A stretch of 29,221 bases of DNA from NCBI GenBank assembly GCA_030295235.1, contig AP026138.1, positions 930,001 through 959,221 on the forward strand, in the 5' to 3' direction. The stretch's first letter is position 1. Every line of letters starts with the position of its first letter. Of the stretch, positions 11,444 to 23,468 are shown one piece after another. Under the pieces are notes generated by a model. That model ran no database searches, was not told where the DNA came from, and saw only the letters and a program-made list of their open reading frames with translations. The position numbers and the translations under genes were made by a program. Origin of the DNA: Fistulifera solaris. Lineage: Eukaryota.

Positions 11444-11982
11444 TTATTCTGTTGTCAAACAGATCGATTTCACATAATTGTTCTGGACCGTCAGATATAA
11501 CTGGGCCCAATGATATATTTGAACAAGCTGAATTACACGTTCGAAGATCCTGAGGGTATTGATGTCCTTGCAGTTGAATTCGCGTTTGTCGTCAATGCAG
11601 ATCATCTTCGGTAAATTGTGTGGCGAGTGGATACGGGTGTCGGCATAGGATGAAAGCGATGAGAGAACAGATAACTCCAAGCATTTGTATGCATGCGAGT
11701 GTAAAACATATTTGTAGCTGACAACGAAGGTCTCCTTTTTGCGACAGTTCTATACTCCGTACCAGGTAGTCTGCATCCTTTCAATGACGGAAGCGGTGAC
11801 TTGCTTTGATGAGTTTCCACACGACGAGTTTTTTTAGTCGAACGATAGACCGTCGCATCCCCGTCGTTTAAAAGATCTATTATCATCACCTTATGGCGAG
11901 TGATGTTGCTTAGGTCTACATCAAAGAATAACTCATCACTCGTACACTCGTAACTCATCATCGAAATCTTTGTCTTTATCAT
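11444..11982 (-). CDS. Possible hypothetical protein (two overlapping ORFs, perhaps frameshifted)
   Basis: ATG-started 126-aa ORF plus an overlapping 78-aa ORF. No recognisable domain. Confidence 0.2.
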
Positions 11983-13317
11983 CGATCATTTTTATCGATC
12001 ATGATCATCGTCGGCCGCAACTGAGCTCGATGCGCTGAATCATCGCATAGTTGCCAGGGACGCGAGACAACTCTGTGCGCTATACTACGAACGAACATCA
12101 TCATTTTTTGAACTTAGCAATTTAGTACCGCTCGAAACTAACTCAGTTGGTTTTTCCTCCGGAAAAATAAGTCGATGTTCTGTTGGTCAAAGTTATGACT
12201 TTAGCAGTTGCAGTTGTCGATCGAGAACAAACCAACAAGACACACAAACTTTTATCATGGCTATGGAAGACGACGAAAGATGTGAATTGCAATTCTTTTT
12301 GCTTATCGGAAGATGTACATCGGCAATCATTATCATACTTCCAAATTGTTGAATGATGACCGTGGGTGATGTCGAATTCTTGTTTCGAAGACTATTTATG
12401 GTGATGGCTTTTGAAAGCAGAGTAGCGCTTCCGGCGTTTGAATGAGTTTGTCAAGCTTCAATGTCTAGTTCGAAGTGGGGTGTTAAGCGTATCCCGTCCC
12501 ATTTCCACGGTAACTCTTTAGTTAGTGCTTCGCCGCATCGTCAGAAAGAAAAATCGTTTGCTGAAGAAGAAACTTTCCACGCAAAGTCGGAAGCGGGAGT
12601 CCCAGGCCGGATACGTTAGCTAGCGATAGCCATGAGAGCCGAGAGCAAAGATCAAAGAAAAACAACTCGCAACTCAATTGGCATTCCCGGTTCTGCGTGA
12701 GATGCATCAGCTTCCCAAGTTCGCATTTTGTTAACATTGGGATTGGGGTCATTTGTCATTCTCTGAAAAGTACTTTGCGATTGGCTTATAAGGTAAAAAC
12801 TGTAATCGCCCCGGCTCGCCGATCGCCGCGCTCCGCAGTCACCGCTTTATATCTTACAGTTTGACGTTTGACGCTTGTCGAAAGTCGAAAGTCGAAATAA
12901 TAGGAAATAGTTGGAAGTTGGGACGTCGGGACCGACAAAAGGCTTAACAAGAAATAAGACGTACAAATTATCCGACGTTTTTTTTAATTGTCTTTGGCTA
13001 GCAAAGAAATAGTATTTGTTTACGTGGAGAAGAAAGACCGAAGCTAACACCTTCTTTATTGTTCTTTTACAAGTAGATGGACGATGGACTGCGAAATGAT
13101 TCGGATTCGGAATGACGCATGGCGCGCTGCGCACCAAACATGACATACTAACCGCAGACGAAATGACGAATGACGAAGACAAAAGACACCAAGAACCAAG
13201 AACCAAGACACCAAGACCAAGACTAACCGTTCAACATCGGAAACACGGAATCATCCTTCAATTAGCATTTACAGGACAAAAAGTAAGTCTAAAAAAGGGC
13301 TATTGACTTCTTGCAGA

Positions 13318-13878
13318 TGACACATTCCTTCTCCGGACAAAAGGGATTCTTTACTGTTTACTATCGGAAAGAGTCACAGATCACAAAATAAATGAAACAC
13401 CAAGAGAAAAGACTCCATGAACAGTCTGCCGATCCTGTCGACCACGCCAACTCCTCTCGTCACCAAGATCACGAAGAAGCACAAAACCAAAGAGAAGAAT
13501 GAATGCACAGCTAGCTACCCATCCGTCAATTGAAGCCTTTCGATCTGATACATTTATAACCTCGATTATTATGATAACAGCAGTGATCCGATTGGAAGAG
13601 CGTCGCTCCAAAAGGAGACTTGATGCTCGAACTCCCTCTCTCCTCTTTCCAAAACGACAAAACGACAAAAGAAGAGCGTGCAATTCAATGAATCGATTAA
13701 TCAAATGTTCTATTATCAAACGACTTCTCCGCCATCATGTTTTCTGGAAGATAGAAGATGGTCTCCCGCGACGACTTCTCAATCTTTACCATCGCCGGTG
13801 CGTGATGGGCAAAGATTTTCACTTTCACATTCCTCTGCGAGTCTACCCAAAGTACCCAGTCGCCGACTCAGCTATTGA
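13318..13878 (+). CDS. Possible low-complexity hypothetical protein, broken frames
   Basis: Intron-like GTAAGT..TTGCAG just upstream. The segment RQKKSVQFNESINQ (13663 onward) carries an RVxF-like motif. No continuous ORF. Confidence 0.25.
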
Positions 13879-14478
13879 AAGCTAGTTAGATCATACGCAT
13901 GCAAGAAAGAAAGGGAAAACGTATAGCCCGACTTATTGTCTTCTAACAATCTTACCTGGTATAAAAGCAACTACTGAGGTGGCACTTTCTTACGCTAAAC
14001 TATATTTAACTGAGTGAGAATCGTCTTGAAAAGTCTAAGAAATAGTCAATCAAAGTAATGTTAGATGAGGCGCAATTTGTCTCCTAATTGTGGCGATTCT
14101 TCGGCAACTTTCTAGCTCAACAAACGGTCTTGACTCATGACTGAAATGTAGTCGTGGCTAAGTTGACAACACACTCTAGGCTGATACAGTAGAATATGAG
14201 GAACGTCGTACGTCCGACAGACACTAATGACCAGTCTTCTGTAAAGTCCGTTGAGTAGTTTCAACGGAAAAGTTGGTCGTAAAAAATCAGTCAGGCAAAA
14301 ACACGATAGACTTTCGCGTCGCATTTTGCCCTCCCTCCGTTATTATTGCTCGTTGATCGTCGATCGTGCTGTCTTCTCTGTCACATTCACATGGATGCCT
14401 CTGCTGATCGCTAAACGTAATAATAACAACTCGTCCTTCATCATATATTTAAAGCACTCTTAAAACCGGCGAATAACA

Positions 14479-16015
14479 ATGAAAATTCTTTGTTGTGTGT
14501 TGAGCGCGAGCGTCTTTCTCGCGACAGCTCCTACATCTTCAAATGCATTCTGGTCATTTCGACAAAAGAGAACGAACCCAACGAGCACTCAAAGACAGCA
14601 GACGCCGTGCCCGAAAAGCCGAAAGTTATACCCGATTACGGTATTTCGGGTCCTGCGCCTCCATCACGCGATCCGCCGAACACGATTCCCTACGGCGTCG
14701 ACGTGAGCTTACCGATTCATCATAATACAATCAGCAATAACTACGCTTGGTTGCCTCATAACGTCGATCCGTCGTTCGAAACACCTTCTAAATACCGCGA
14801 TATGCCCATTCAACCTCTTCCTCATCGTCAAGAATTCTATGATAACTTCTTGGAGAGTTGCGTGCAAGCATTCGGCAAAAAGGACAGCGCTGTCGCGATA
14901 CAGAAAGAGATAGAATCGAAATGAGTTTGCGACAACCACAATCGATGCAGAATTACACCGAAATAGGCTACAAGAAAATCAAAGCACCGCTAGAACTCTT
15001 TAAATTGATTGAGGACTTTTGGAACAACAATCATCACAAGGCGAAACCGGAGCAGTGGGGCACGGGGAATACTTACACGAACAATTGGCAATCGTCGAGT
15101 TCTATGGTTAGTGTAGAAGACGCTAAGTTACGGGGTGGCGGCTTCACACTGAAGCAAAAGATCTGGAACGCAGCCAAGAATATTCTGCAAGAGTGGACGG
15201 GAGAAGAATTGACGCAGTGCAGTTTGTACGGTATTCGCATCTACCACGCGGACGCTGTGTTGGCAACCCATGTCGATCGATTGCCTTTGGTAAGCTCTGC
15301 AATTATCAACGTCGCGCAAGATTTAGACGAGCCCTGGCCTTTGGAAGTGATCGGTCACAATGGAGTTGCAGAAAATGTTACCATGGAGCCCGGTGATATG
15401 GTTTTGTATGAAAGTCATTCTGTGTTGCACGGACGCCCGTTTCCTTTGAAAGGGCGTTACATGGCCAACATATTCATTCATTTCGAGCCAATTGGCCACT
15501 CTCTGCGTCACTACGACAACCATAACATTGGTGATGTCGATGCGAAATACAGAGAGTCGTTGATGAAGGGTCACGGCGGTCACGAGAACGAGTCCAACAA
15601 TGGGTTACCGCCTTATATTATTGCGGGAAGTCCTGAAGAGCCACATTGGCGACAATCTCATCCCAATGGCCAACAACCTCAGACCAGCAAGACTTTTACA
15701 ACTGGGTCGACACCCGCGCATGAATACGCACAGAAGGGAAACGTCGACTTGTTGGCGGCTGAGCTTTCGAAACAAAAGGATTTGGTCCACGCCAAGGATG
15801 CCAATGACTGGACCCCACTTCACGAAGGTGCACGTGCTGGTCATTTACCGGTGGTGAAATTATTAATTGAGCACGGTGCAGATGTCAATGCCAAGACGGG
15901 CGGGGGCAGTGGTGGAACACCACTGTGGTGGGCCCGGCAAACGCTAGAAGAAGATCATGAAGTGATTTCCTTTTTGGAAGAAATAGGTGCATTAGATGCG
16001 GGGCCGGAATTGTAA
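14479..16015 (+). CDS. Secreted/ER 2OG-Fe(II) oxygenase (prolyl-hydroxylase-like) with C-terminal ankyrin repeats; two apparent frameshifts (~14557-14567 and 14877-14881)
   Basis: Signal peptide MKILCCVLSASVFLATAPTSSNA-FW. The three ORF-track frames join at short homopolymers. Dioxygenase core YGIRIY..THVD..MEPGDMVLYESHSVLHGRP..ANIFIHF has the HxD..H triad. Ankyrin repeats TPAHEYA, WTPLHEGARAGHLPVVKLLIEHGADVNA. Ends GPEL. Confidence 0.85.
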
Positions 16016-16627
16016 GAAATGTGCAACGGACATCTATCTCCTGTGGTGGTAGAAGTGGAACTTAGTCAAATCTAAAATGCCCGTTTATTTTTTTACAACA
16101 AAAGTACCCCAAGTAAAGCACGCAAGATACTGCTCGACGTTTTCTCGCTCAGCAAGGGAGCAATTAGCTTTAGGAGACACTATTACTTGTGCTTTATCTT
16201 TAGGAAACGTTATTGTTCGCCTCTTCGACATCGTTTTTGTTGTGAGTAAATAATTTAACAATGCGTCTTGCGAGGTTATCGTTTGATAGAGTTATCTATT
16301 CGTCATGACTCTAGTAATTGTCGCCGCCATAAAAAACGTTCAACTAGTACACTCCATTCAACCGATCTAGCTATCTCACCTATGTGAAATTGCCACCAAA
16401 GCATCTTTATTGGCCACGGATCTCGGACTCATCGGATTTTCAGTCCCGGACAACTCGAGCCTTTCGAGAATGAATAATGACCTTTTACAATGACCCCGAA
16501 GAGATCGACAACAACAACAATTCGCACAAAATCATGCAGCAAGCAACCGAATAGGAAGCAATACACTTGAAATACACACGGCGAGCCCACCTTTCCATTA
16601 CGTATTTGCCTGATAATCTTTTTGATC

Positions 16628-17110
16628 ATGACGGGTCGCAATAAGATTAATAGATTCTGGCTGCTGCTTGTCGCAGTACTTGCGATTACCTTCATGAGCA
16701 CCGAAGCCTTTTGGTGGTCATCGAACAACAAAGACGCCAGTAAGGAAGAAGCAGTCGCAGACAAACAGGAAGAGCAAGTAGAATCACCGCAGGTTGTCCT
16801 GACGACAGAGAGTGCTCGACATGCAGCTGCTCAAGGTTTGGTTGAAGAGCTTAAACATCACCTTAAAGAGGAAGACGTACTCGCTACCGACGAGAATGGC
16901 TGGGCTGCCTTGCATGAAGCAGCAAGGGCTGGGCATCTCGATGCGGTGAAGACACTCTTGGACCATGGGGCCGATGTACATGCCAGAACTGGGAAACAAC
17001 AAGATGGCGGGTCGGTTTTGCATTGGGCCAAGCGCTTTCTGGGAGAGGACCATGCTGTTGTTACTTACTTGGAACAGCTTGGTGCAATTGATATCGGTCC
17101 GGAGCTGTAA
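16628..17110 (+). CDS. Secreted/ER ankyrin-repeat protein, paralogous to the C-terminus of the upstream gene
   Basis: Signal peptide ..LLLVAVLAITFMSTEA-FWWS. Ankyrin WAALHEAARAGHLDAVKTLLDHGADVHA. Tail EDHAVVTYLEQLGAIDIGPEL versus EDHEVISFLEEIGALDAGPEL in the upstream gene. Confidence 0.88.
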   Translation: MTGRNKINRFWLLLVAVLAITFMSTEAFWWSSNNKDASKEEAVADKQEEQVESPQVVLTTESARHAAAQGLVEELKHHLKEEDVLATDENGWAALHEAARAGHLDAVKTLLDHGADVHARTGKQQDGGSVLHWAKRFLGEDHAVVTYLEQLGAIDIGPEL

Positions 17111-17508
17111 CTTACATCTCTGAATAAATAAGCGTTTATTGCTGCTCTCTCTATACTTTGTAATCAATTAGCTTTCGACTTAATTTCATTCTGTATCGGA
17201 TTCATAACCCTCGCTCGCAGATCCTACGATTTACCGAAATCGATTTATCCAACCGCCCAATTATTCAGTTGACGAGTGCTTCAGTGTGAGGGCAGAGACG
17301 AAGCTTGTTACGAAATAAATTGTAAGAAAGTCAAGTTCACATTTATTGTCATTTCTCGGATGGCCTCACAGGTAGGTAAGAGAGCGCGAACGACTTAATA
17401 TTTTCGTTGCTAAACCTAGAGATGAGTCTAGCCATGCATCTATCTCTTCTACTACGCTTTGCAGTCGTTTCATCTCCCATAGACTATAACGCGCTCTAAT
17501 CCCATGGC

Positions 17509-17553
17509 AAATCTAACGGCTCATCCCTTCGAAAATCTAATGGCTTATCCTTT
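17509..17553. repeat. Imperfect two-copy tandem repeat (period 24 bp)
   Basis: aaatctaacggctcatccctt / aaatctaatggcttatccttt. Confidence 0.6.
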
Positions 17554-17660
17554 ATTAAAGAGAAACAATTTCCCAACACAAGAATTAATTAGCATGTCAA
17601 ACAACGCTATAGTATTTTCCATTGTTCAGTGGGAAAGCAAGCAGATCACCCTGTGAATGC

Positions 17661-18335
17661 TTAGAAAGGAAAGATGCTGAAAAAGGCGGCACGAATCTGA
17701 ATGCCGGTGATCGCTTCTACCACAGGAATCGCCAAAAGCACGAACAAGAGCGGCAACGTGACTTTTGAATAAGGGCGGGTGTAGGCAACCAAGTATGAAA
17801 AGGTCATGGTTTGGTCAGTGACGGTAGCTGCATCTGAGGGTTTAACGGCCAACAAACCAGGATTACGGGCTACCATAGCCTTGGCTTCGTCTTTGCCAAA
17901 GATTCCACTGTAAGCTTCGAGCGATGGTTTGAACCACGTGCGCTCAAACGAAAGACAAACCGGTAAGTCGATGACCATTTGCTTTGCAACATCGTCTCCG
18001 TACAATTTAGCAAGTTCTTGAAATGCGCTGCGAGCCTGTTTTTCGGAAATATCCGTCAACCGACGACGCTCATTGCGAGACTCCATTTGCGCTTTCATTT
18101 TGTCGGACATGCCAAGCGTCGTAAAAGGGCTAGACTTTGGCGGCTCACGTTGAAAGGGAAATTTTTCATTGTAAAAGGCAATAGCTTCGTCGATTGGCTT
18201 GGGAGAAGCAGCGTACCGAACGATGAGACTGCTAATGGCGAACGATTTTGTCGGACAAAACGCGTGAGAGCGAGCGCAAAGGCTCGCGAGAAGCACGAAA
18301 AGAGGGAACAACGAAAGTTGCTGAGCAGAAGTCAT
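17661..18335 (-). CDS. Plastid-targeted protein of unknown function with C-terminal transmembrane segment
   Basis: First ATG is 18335. Signal peptide ends SHA-FCP (ASAFAP-like), followed by a Ser/basic transit peptide. Two helical repeats (LYGDDVAKQMV..P / IFGKDEAKAMVARNPGLL). Hydrophobic C-terminus. Confidence 0.8.
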   Translation of the reverse strand: MTSAQQLSLFPLFVLLASLCARSHAFCPTKSFAISSLIVRYAASPKPIDEAIAFYNEKFPFQREPPKSSPFTTLGMSDKMKAQMESRNERRRLTDISEKQARSAFQELAKLYGDDVAKQMVIDLPVCLSFERTWFKPSLEAYSGIFGKDEAKAMVARNPGLLAVKPSDAATVTDQTMTFSYLVAYTRPYSKVTLPLLFVLLAIPVVEAITGIQIRAAFFSIFPF

Positions 18336-18800
18336 TATGGAGCTTAAAGGTGCCAACTATTTGCGATACGAAGGATTATTTATTGTAATTATGATGATTC
18401 GAGGTTTGGAGTTATCGGCATGTTCGAAATAATGCAAGGAATAAGCGCGAAAATTTCAATCTTCAATATTTGCGTCAGAGAAACAAGACGTCACTCATGA
18501 CAGGATCGAGTCACGATTTCAACTAGAAAAGAACGGTTTGACATCTCTAAAGTTAATTAGTCTTAATGATGGAGCGTTTGGAAGACATGAGTGACAAGAA
18601 GGTCGTTTTAGGTTTAAAATGGACGATCGTTCGACTTCGGACTTGGGCTACAAGATGCAAGAAACGAGGCACACGGTCAAAAAAAGTAGAAGAAATCTAA
18701 TGAAAAATAAAATAAATTTGTAATGTAGTGGTAACAAAATGCCGATATTCCTGAAGGAAAATAATGGATTCACCGCCAGTGAAGAAAAGTGCGCATGGTT

Positions 18801-19232
18801 TCAAACTACTTCGACGGAGGTGGGTGGGTTGGGACAGACAGAAGAGATAATAAAGGCTTCAAAGACGGCCTCGCAAGCAGCAAACTCGGCCACTGACATG
18901 TCAACATGTCCTTCTGTCTCCGTTAACTTCGGTGACTTGTTCAGATCCTTGCTGTACTGGAAACCACAGTGTTTCGGCGTCACATCAAAGAAATACACCT
19001 GAAGGTTGTCTTCCGACGTATTCGAGTGCGCCACAACGCGTCTGTGGTATTCATGCTCCTGAGTGATCGTGCAGCTTCCGAGCTTGTGATTACTAGTTTG
19101 AAAGTGATCAATCATCATGTGCAATGAGAAGCAAGGACACGAAACTGCTCCGCGGAGATGATTCGACGCTGCCAAACACTGTTGAACAACACCAGTAATT
19201 ACAAGCAAAAGTTGACAGGTAAACGTCTTCAT
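18801..19232 (-). CDS. Small secreted Cys-rich protein
   Basis: ATG at 19232 gives signal peptide MKTFTCQLLLVITGVVQQCLA, then NHLRG and SCPCF, with four more spaced Cys. Confidence 0.6.
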   Translation of the reverse strand: MKTFTCQLLLVITGVVQQCLAASNHLRGAVSCPCFSLHMMIDHFQTSNHKLGSCTITQEHEYHRRVVAHSNTSEDNLQVYFFDVTPKHCGFQYSKDLNKSPKLTETEGHVDMSVAEFAACEAVFEAFIISSVCPNPPTSVEVV

Positions 19233-20452
19233 TCTTTTGTGGTTAGCAAAGGTGCAAATGCAAAAGGATACAAAGTACGATGAGGAATGATGAACCATGA
19301 ACGATGAACGATGAATGAATGTACTTGTAAAAGATTATGACAGGAAAAAGCGAAATGCTGTGCGTTGTGCACGATGCGTGAGGAGAGGAGCGAGTTACAT
19401 GGTAAACCTTAGTTGTGAGTTGTGAGTTCAAAGAAAAAATCTTCGATCTTGCTTTTTTTCCTTTTAAATACAATGTAGACCACATACGAATGACGATTAG
19501 ACAAAGCATCCATAATTGTTAGTAGCTCGTCGGGACTCATACATAGGGGCAATAATACCTCATTACTCCCTATAAAGAATCATCATCACAAATCACGAAT
19601 CACGAATCATCAAGAGTCATGAGGAGTCATGAATCATTTGCGAATGAAAAATTATCATCAAGATAAGAAGAGAAATTCGTAAGGGCTGACATCTGCTCTG
19701 AAAAGCAGCAAATCACGAGCATAAGTATCGGATTTTCAACCTCATTTCGGGTGTAGAATTACTGCGTATATACGTCCTGAGAATAAAAATGAATCAGCCC
19801 AATTATGGTTCGACACTTTTTAGCTTTCAAGAACAAAGCACAATTATACAACATGCAACATGAGAATCTCGACTTAGGCTTATCGAATCTTAGTTCATTC
19901 GTATTGTTTCTTCCTTTCTAGCGTTGTCTCCGCCTTGGACTTGGATGATGATGCGTGCTGACGACGTTACAAGTATTGGGTTTGTGATCATCATGCATCA
20001 TGATCTCTAACCATAAGAGTAGCAGGCTCAAAATTAGGCAATTGCCTACTGTATAATGAGTATTATTTGTCAAAGAGTAGCAAGTGGACTAACAGTTTAA
20101 ATACTATAGGCGGCTGAAGTATTCCTTCGTCAGAAGTCATCAGTAAGCAGAACTTGTTTCGGGTGCCAGTTCACAGTAAAGAACAGATTGCTATAGTACA
20201 GTCCCAAAGTACAGTAATGACCGCAGCCAAAAGCACAACCGCAGCCGCAGTGTTTTGCTCCTGCCCCTTGCTCGCGTTCTCGTTCCTCGATGTCGTTCCT
20301 TTCTTCACCGATCGTAACGATTGAATATCCATTCATTAAACTCTTTCGCTTTTTCCTTGTGTATTGGTTGTCATAAAAGATCTTCAGTATTGAATCCCAA
20401 GTTATCGAAGGAAGGAAGACGAAGCAAGGGCGAAGCGAAGATTTAAAATAAG

Positions 20453-22872
20453 ATGCCCGTCAGCCAACGTCGTGTTAAAGCGGCTGTGACAACAGAAGAG
20501 ACCGATGTAGAAAAGGCGCGGACGATGACACAATATGAAGCGACACTTCCCGACTCTGTATCAACATTTGCTTCTGATTCAGACGAAGGCAATAAGCGCA
20601 CCAAAATCTTGGGCAGAATGTTTCTCATCAACTACGAAAGTCGATCGGTCATGCTTCTTTTCAGTGTCCTCGTTTTCGTCGTACTGTTTGGAGCCGGCGT
20701 AGCCATTTTCTGGGTTTTGACGAATTCTCACAGTGAAAGACAAGTTCGCACTGTACGAGATCTCGCCATTGAAATTGGAAGATGGTTTTCGAAGGAACTC
20801 GACTATGCCATTCTGCCTTTGTTCTCCATGGCGCAGTTCGCAGTCGAACTGGAAATGTTTGCTTCTTTACCCGACAAAGTGGAGAAGCGACCTTTTCTTC
20901 CGTATAATGCGAGTGATTTGAATTCACGGCTCTATCGAAATGTCACTGGAATATGCGATGATGCACAACTTATACGTCGGTTCGATCAGCTGGCTTCTAA
21001 CATCAAAGAAAGCGCGCAAATGGACGGCGTTCTGCATAGTATTCAGCTGGCACCGGCAGGGATTATTTGCTTAGTCAATCCAATCAACAACACGGAAGAT
21101 TTCGATGATGGCGTTTCTTTTCTCGATAACACGAACGCTTTTGGGCTGGATTTGTTGAATGATGCGTTTTTCGAGTTTATTGCCAGACAATCGATGAAGC
21201 AAGAAACGGTGGGAATTGCTGGACCGCGACCTTTGCTGCAGTGTCCCGATTGCGGCATGTATTTCATTGCGCGATTGCCTGTTATTAGCCGAAGTCATAT
21301 GATTGAAGTTGACGGCGTGGAATATCCGAGATGGGGTTTTGCGACTGCCCTGATTCATTGGGACACACTAATCAGCAGGAGTTCTATTTACGAGACTTTG
21401 GCGGCGAATTCAATGGAGTTCCTGCTCACGCGAACAGACTACACTTTCAACGAAACGGCCGGAGAATACTTCGAATCAGTTGTCCACTTAGCACAGTCCG
21501 AACATTACGGTTCGAAGAAGCACGAGTTCAGCCATCCGTTGCAAACGACCAACAACGAGTGGATTTTAACAATCCAATTTAATCAAAACCCTCAGCTTGG
21601 AGACGTGTTGGCTCTGGTCGTTTCGTTTGTGGTTGCAGTCTTTGTCGCTCTGCTTGTGTATACGGTTCTTTTGCAGAAAAAGTCGCAAGCGACAATGAGA
21701 GGACTGACTATGGCCGAAAAAGCCAAAGCCGAAGTTGAACGGCACTTTACCGCCGCACTGGCACACGAACTCAGGAATCCTCTCGGTGCTATCGACAGCG
21801 CGTTGAATATAATGCCAGAAAATATCCCCGCGGAAGCTCAAGAATTGATTGAAAGCATGAAGTTATGTAGCAATTTCATGTCGCGCGTCATGAACAATCT
21901 GCTGGACAGTCGGAAGCTAGAAGAAGGAAAACTGGGCTTGCTTCGCAACATTTTCTCTATCAAGGTTCTTTTACGCGAAACGCAGAAAATGATGAGTCCG
22001 GCATGTCATGGCGGTGTCGACCTGCTCGTCGACGACTCGGCAATTCCACCCGGTAAAGAATGGGTTTTCGGAGATGTATCCAGAATGGGTCAAGTCCTGA
22101 CGAATATCACCTCAAATGCAATCAAATTCACATCATCGGGATTTATTGTCCTCTCTGCAAAAATCATAGAACGAGATGGAACGGAATGGATTCGATACGT
22201 GTGCAGTGACACTGGACCGGGTATTCCGAAAGAGGACCAAGCGCGTCTTTTCCAACGCTTCATTACACGAGGTGGTGCACCAGGATCGGGTCTGGGCTTA
22301 ACTATTTCGCGACAGATTCTTGACCTAATGGGTGGTTCAATTCATTTTGAGAGCGATCCTACGGTCAAGCAGGGAACCGATTGCGTTGTATTGGTACCAC
22401 TCGAAGTTTGTGATGAAGTGCAGTCCGAAGGGAGTAGCGCGCCTATCACTTCTTGCTTCCAATCCAATGAGGCTATCCAGGAACCCATACGTGTTCTCAT
22501 TGTCGATGACATTCAAATCAATCGCACTATGTTGAAACGACGTTTTGAAAAATCAATCGCACCGAACTGTATAATCTTCGAAGCAGCTACGGGTGAAGAG
22601 GCGCTCAAAATATGTGACGAAGAAGTGTTTCACGTGATTGTAATGGATCAGTATATGGCGGGAGGTGTCCTGCTAGGCACGGATGTTGTGATTGCGCTAA
22701 GGCGGAATAAAGTTGATGCCGTCGTAATTGGATGCTCAGGAAACGATTTGGACGAACCTTTTCTTAAAGCAGGCGCCAATCTGGTTTGGAAAAAGCCAAT
22801 ACCCCCAACTCGGAGATAATACAAAGTTTGCGGTCGCTGCTGGTTGCCGTGGACGTTGAGGTGAAAAGATAG
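20453..22872 (+). CDS. Membrane hybrid histidine kinase: TM-CHASE-TM-HisKA-HATPase-receiver
   Basis: CHASE motifs IQLAPAGII..NAFGLDLL..IAGPRPLLQ..IARLPV..WGFATALI. H-box AHELRNPL, N-box QVLTNITSNAIKFT, G1 DTGPGI, G2 GSGLGL. Receiver IVDD..VMDQYM..CSG..KKP. The ORF stops at 22819, but adding one C at 22802-22806 restores helix 5 (PNSEIIQSLRSLL) ending at TAG 22872. Confidence 0.93.
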
Positions 22873-23311
22873 GCGTTTGCTTGAGTTTTTCTTATATAAA
22901 GATAATAGTGTATAGAGCTGCAACCTACCATAATGATTATCGGGTCAACCGTTCAACCCATTATTGCTGTCGCGTCGAAAATGTCATTCCGCTGATTTCC
23001 AATACATTTGATCAACCAAGTCACACAATTGCTCATTCGCGATGCTGGATTGAGATTCATTTACAACTTACCAGGTACAACTACACGGCCCCTAAGTTCT
23101 TGCGGCTTTCAAACGTGTTGACAAGATCAACTTGGATGGATAAAGTCATGGATCAAGAAATTAACCATTGCATAACGTAAAGCCCTCTTCGTCAGGATAG
23201 CGAAACCCCATCAGCGAGGCTTGACCAAACAGCCGCATCATTTTCATTTACGTGTCCTTTTTCCAATAAAGCAATCTTCAAATGCTACATATTTGGTGAT
23301 AGGGCGGAGCA

Positions 23312-23409
23312 GAGAAATTGTGAAATATGTATCCGTCGTCGCCGAGAAATTGTGAAATATGTATCCGTCGTCGCCGAGAAATTGTGAAATATGTATCCGT
23401 CGTCGCCGA
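23312..23409. repeat. Subtelomeric minisatellite, 3 perfect copies of a 32-bp unit
   Basis: GAGAAATTGTGAAATATGTATCCGTCGTCGCC starts at 23312, 23344 and 23376. Confidence 0.97.
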
Positions 23410-23468
23410 ACCGTAGAAATTGAGCTTCTTTGACCCAAATCGACGTCTGCGGTCATACTGCGCATACC

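Noticed and set aside
23312..23409. 32-bp repeats as a CRISPR array
   Set aside because: Copies are head-to-tail with no spacers, there are no cas genes, and the context is eukaryotic.
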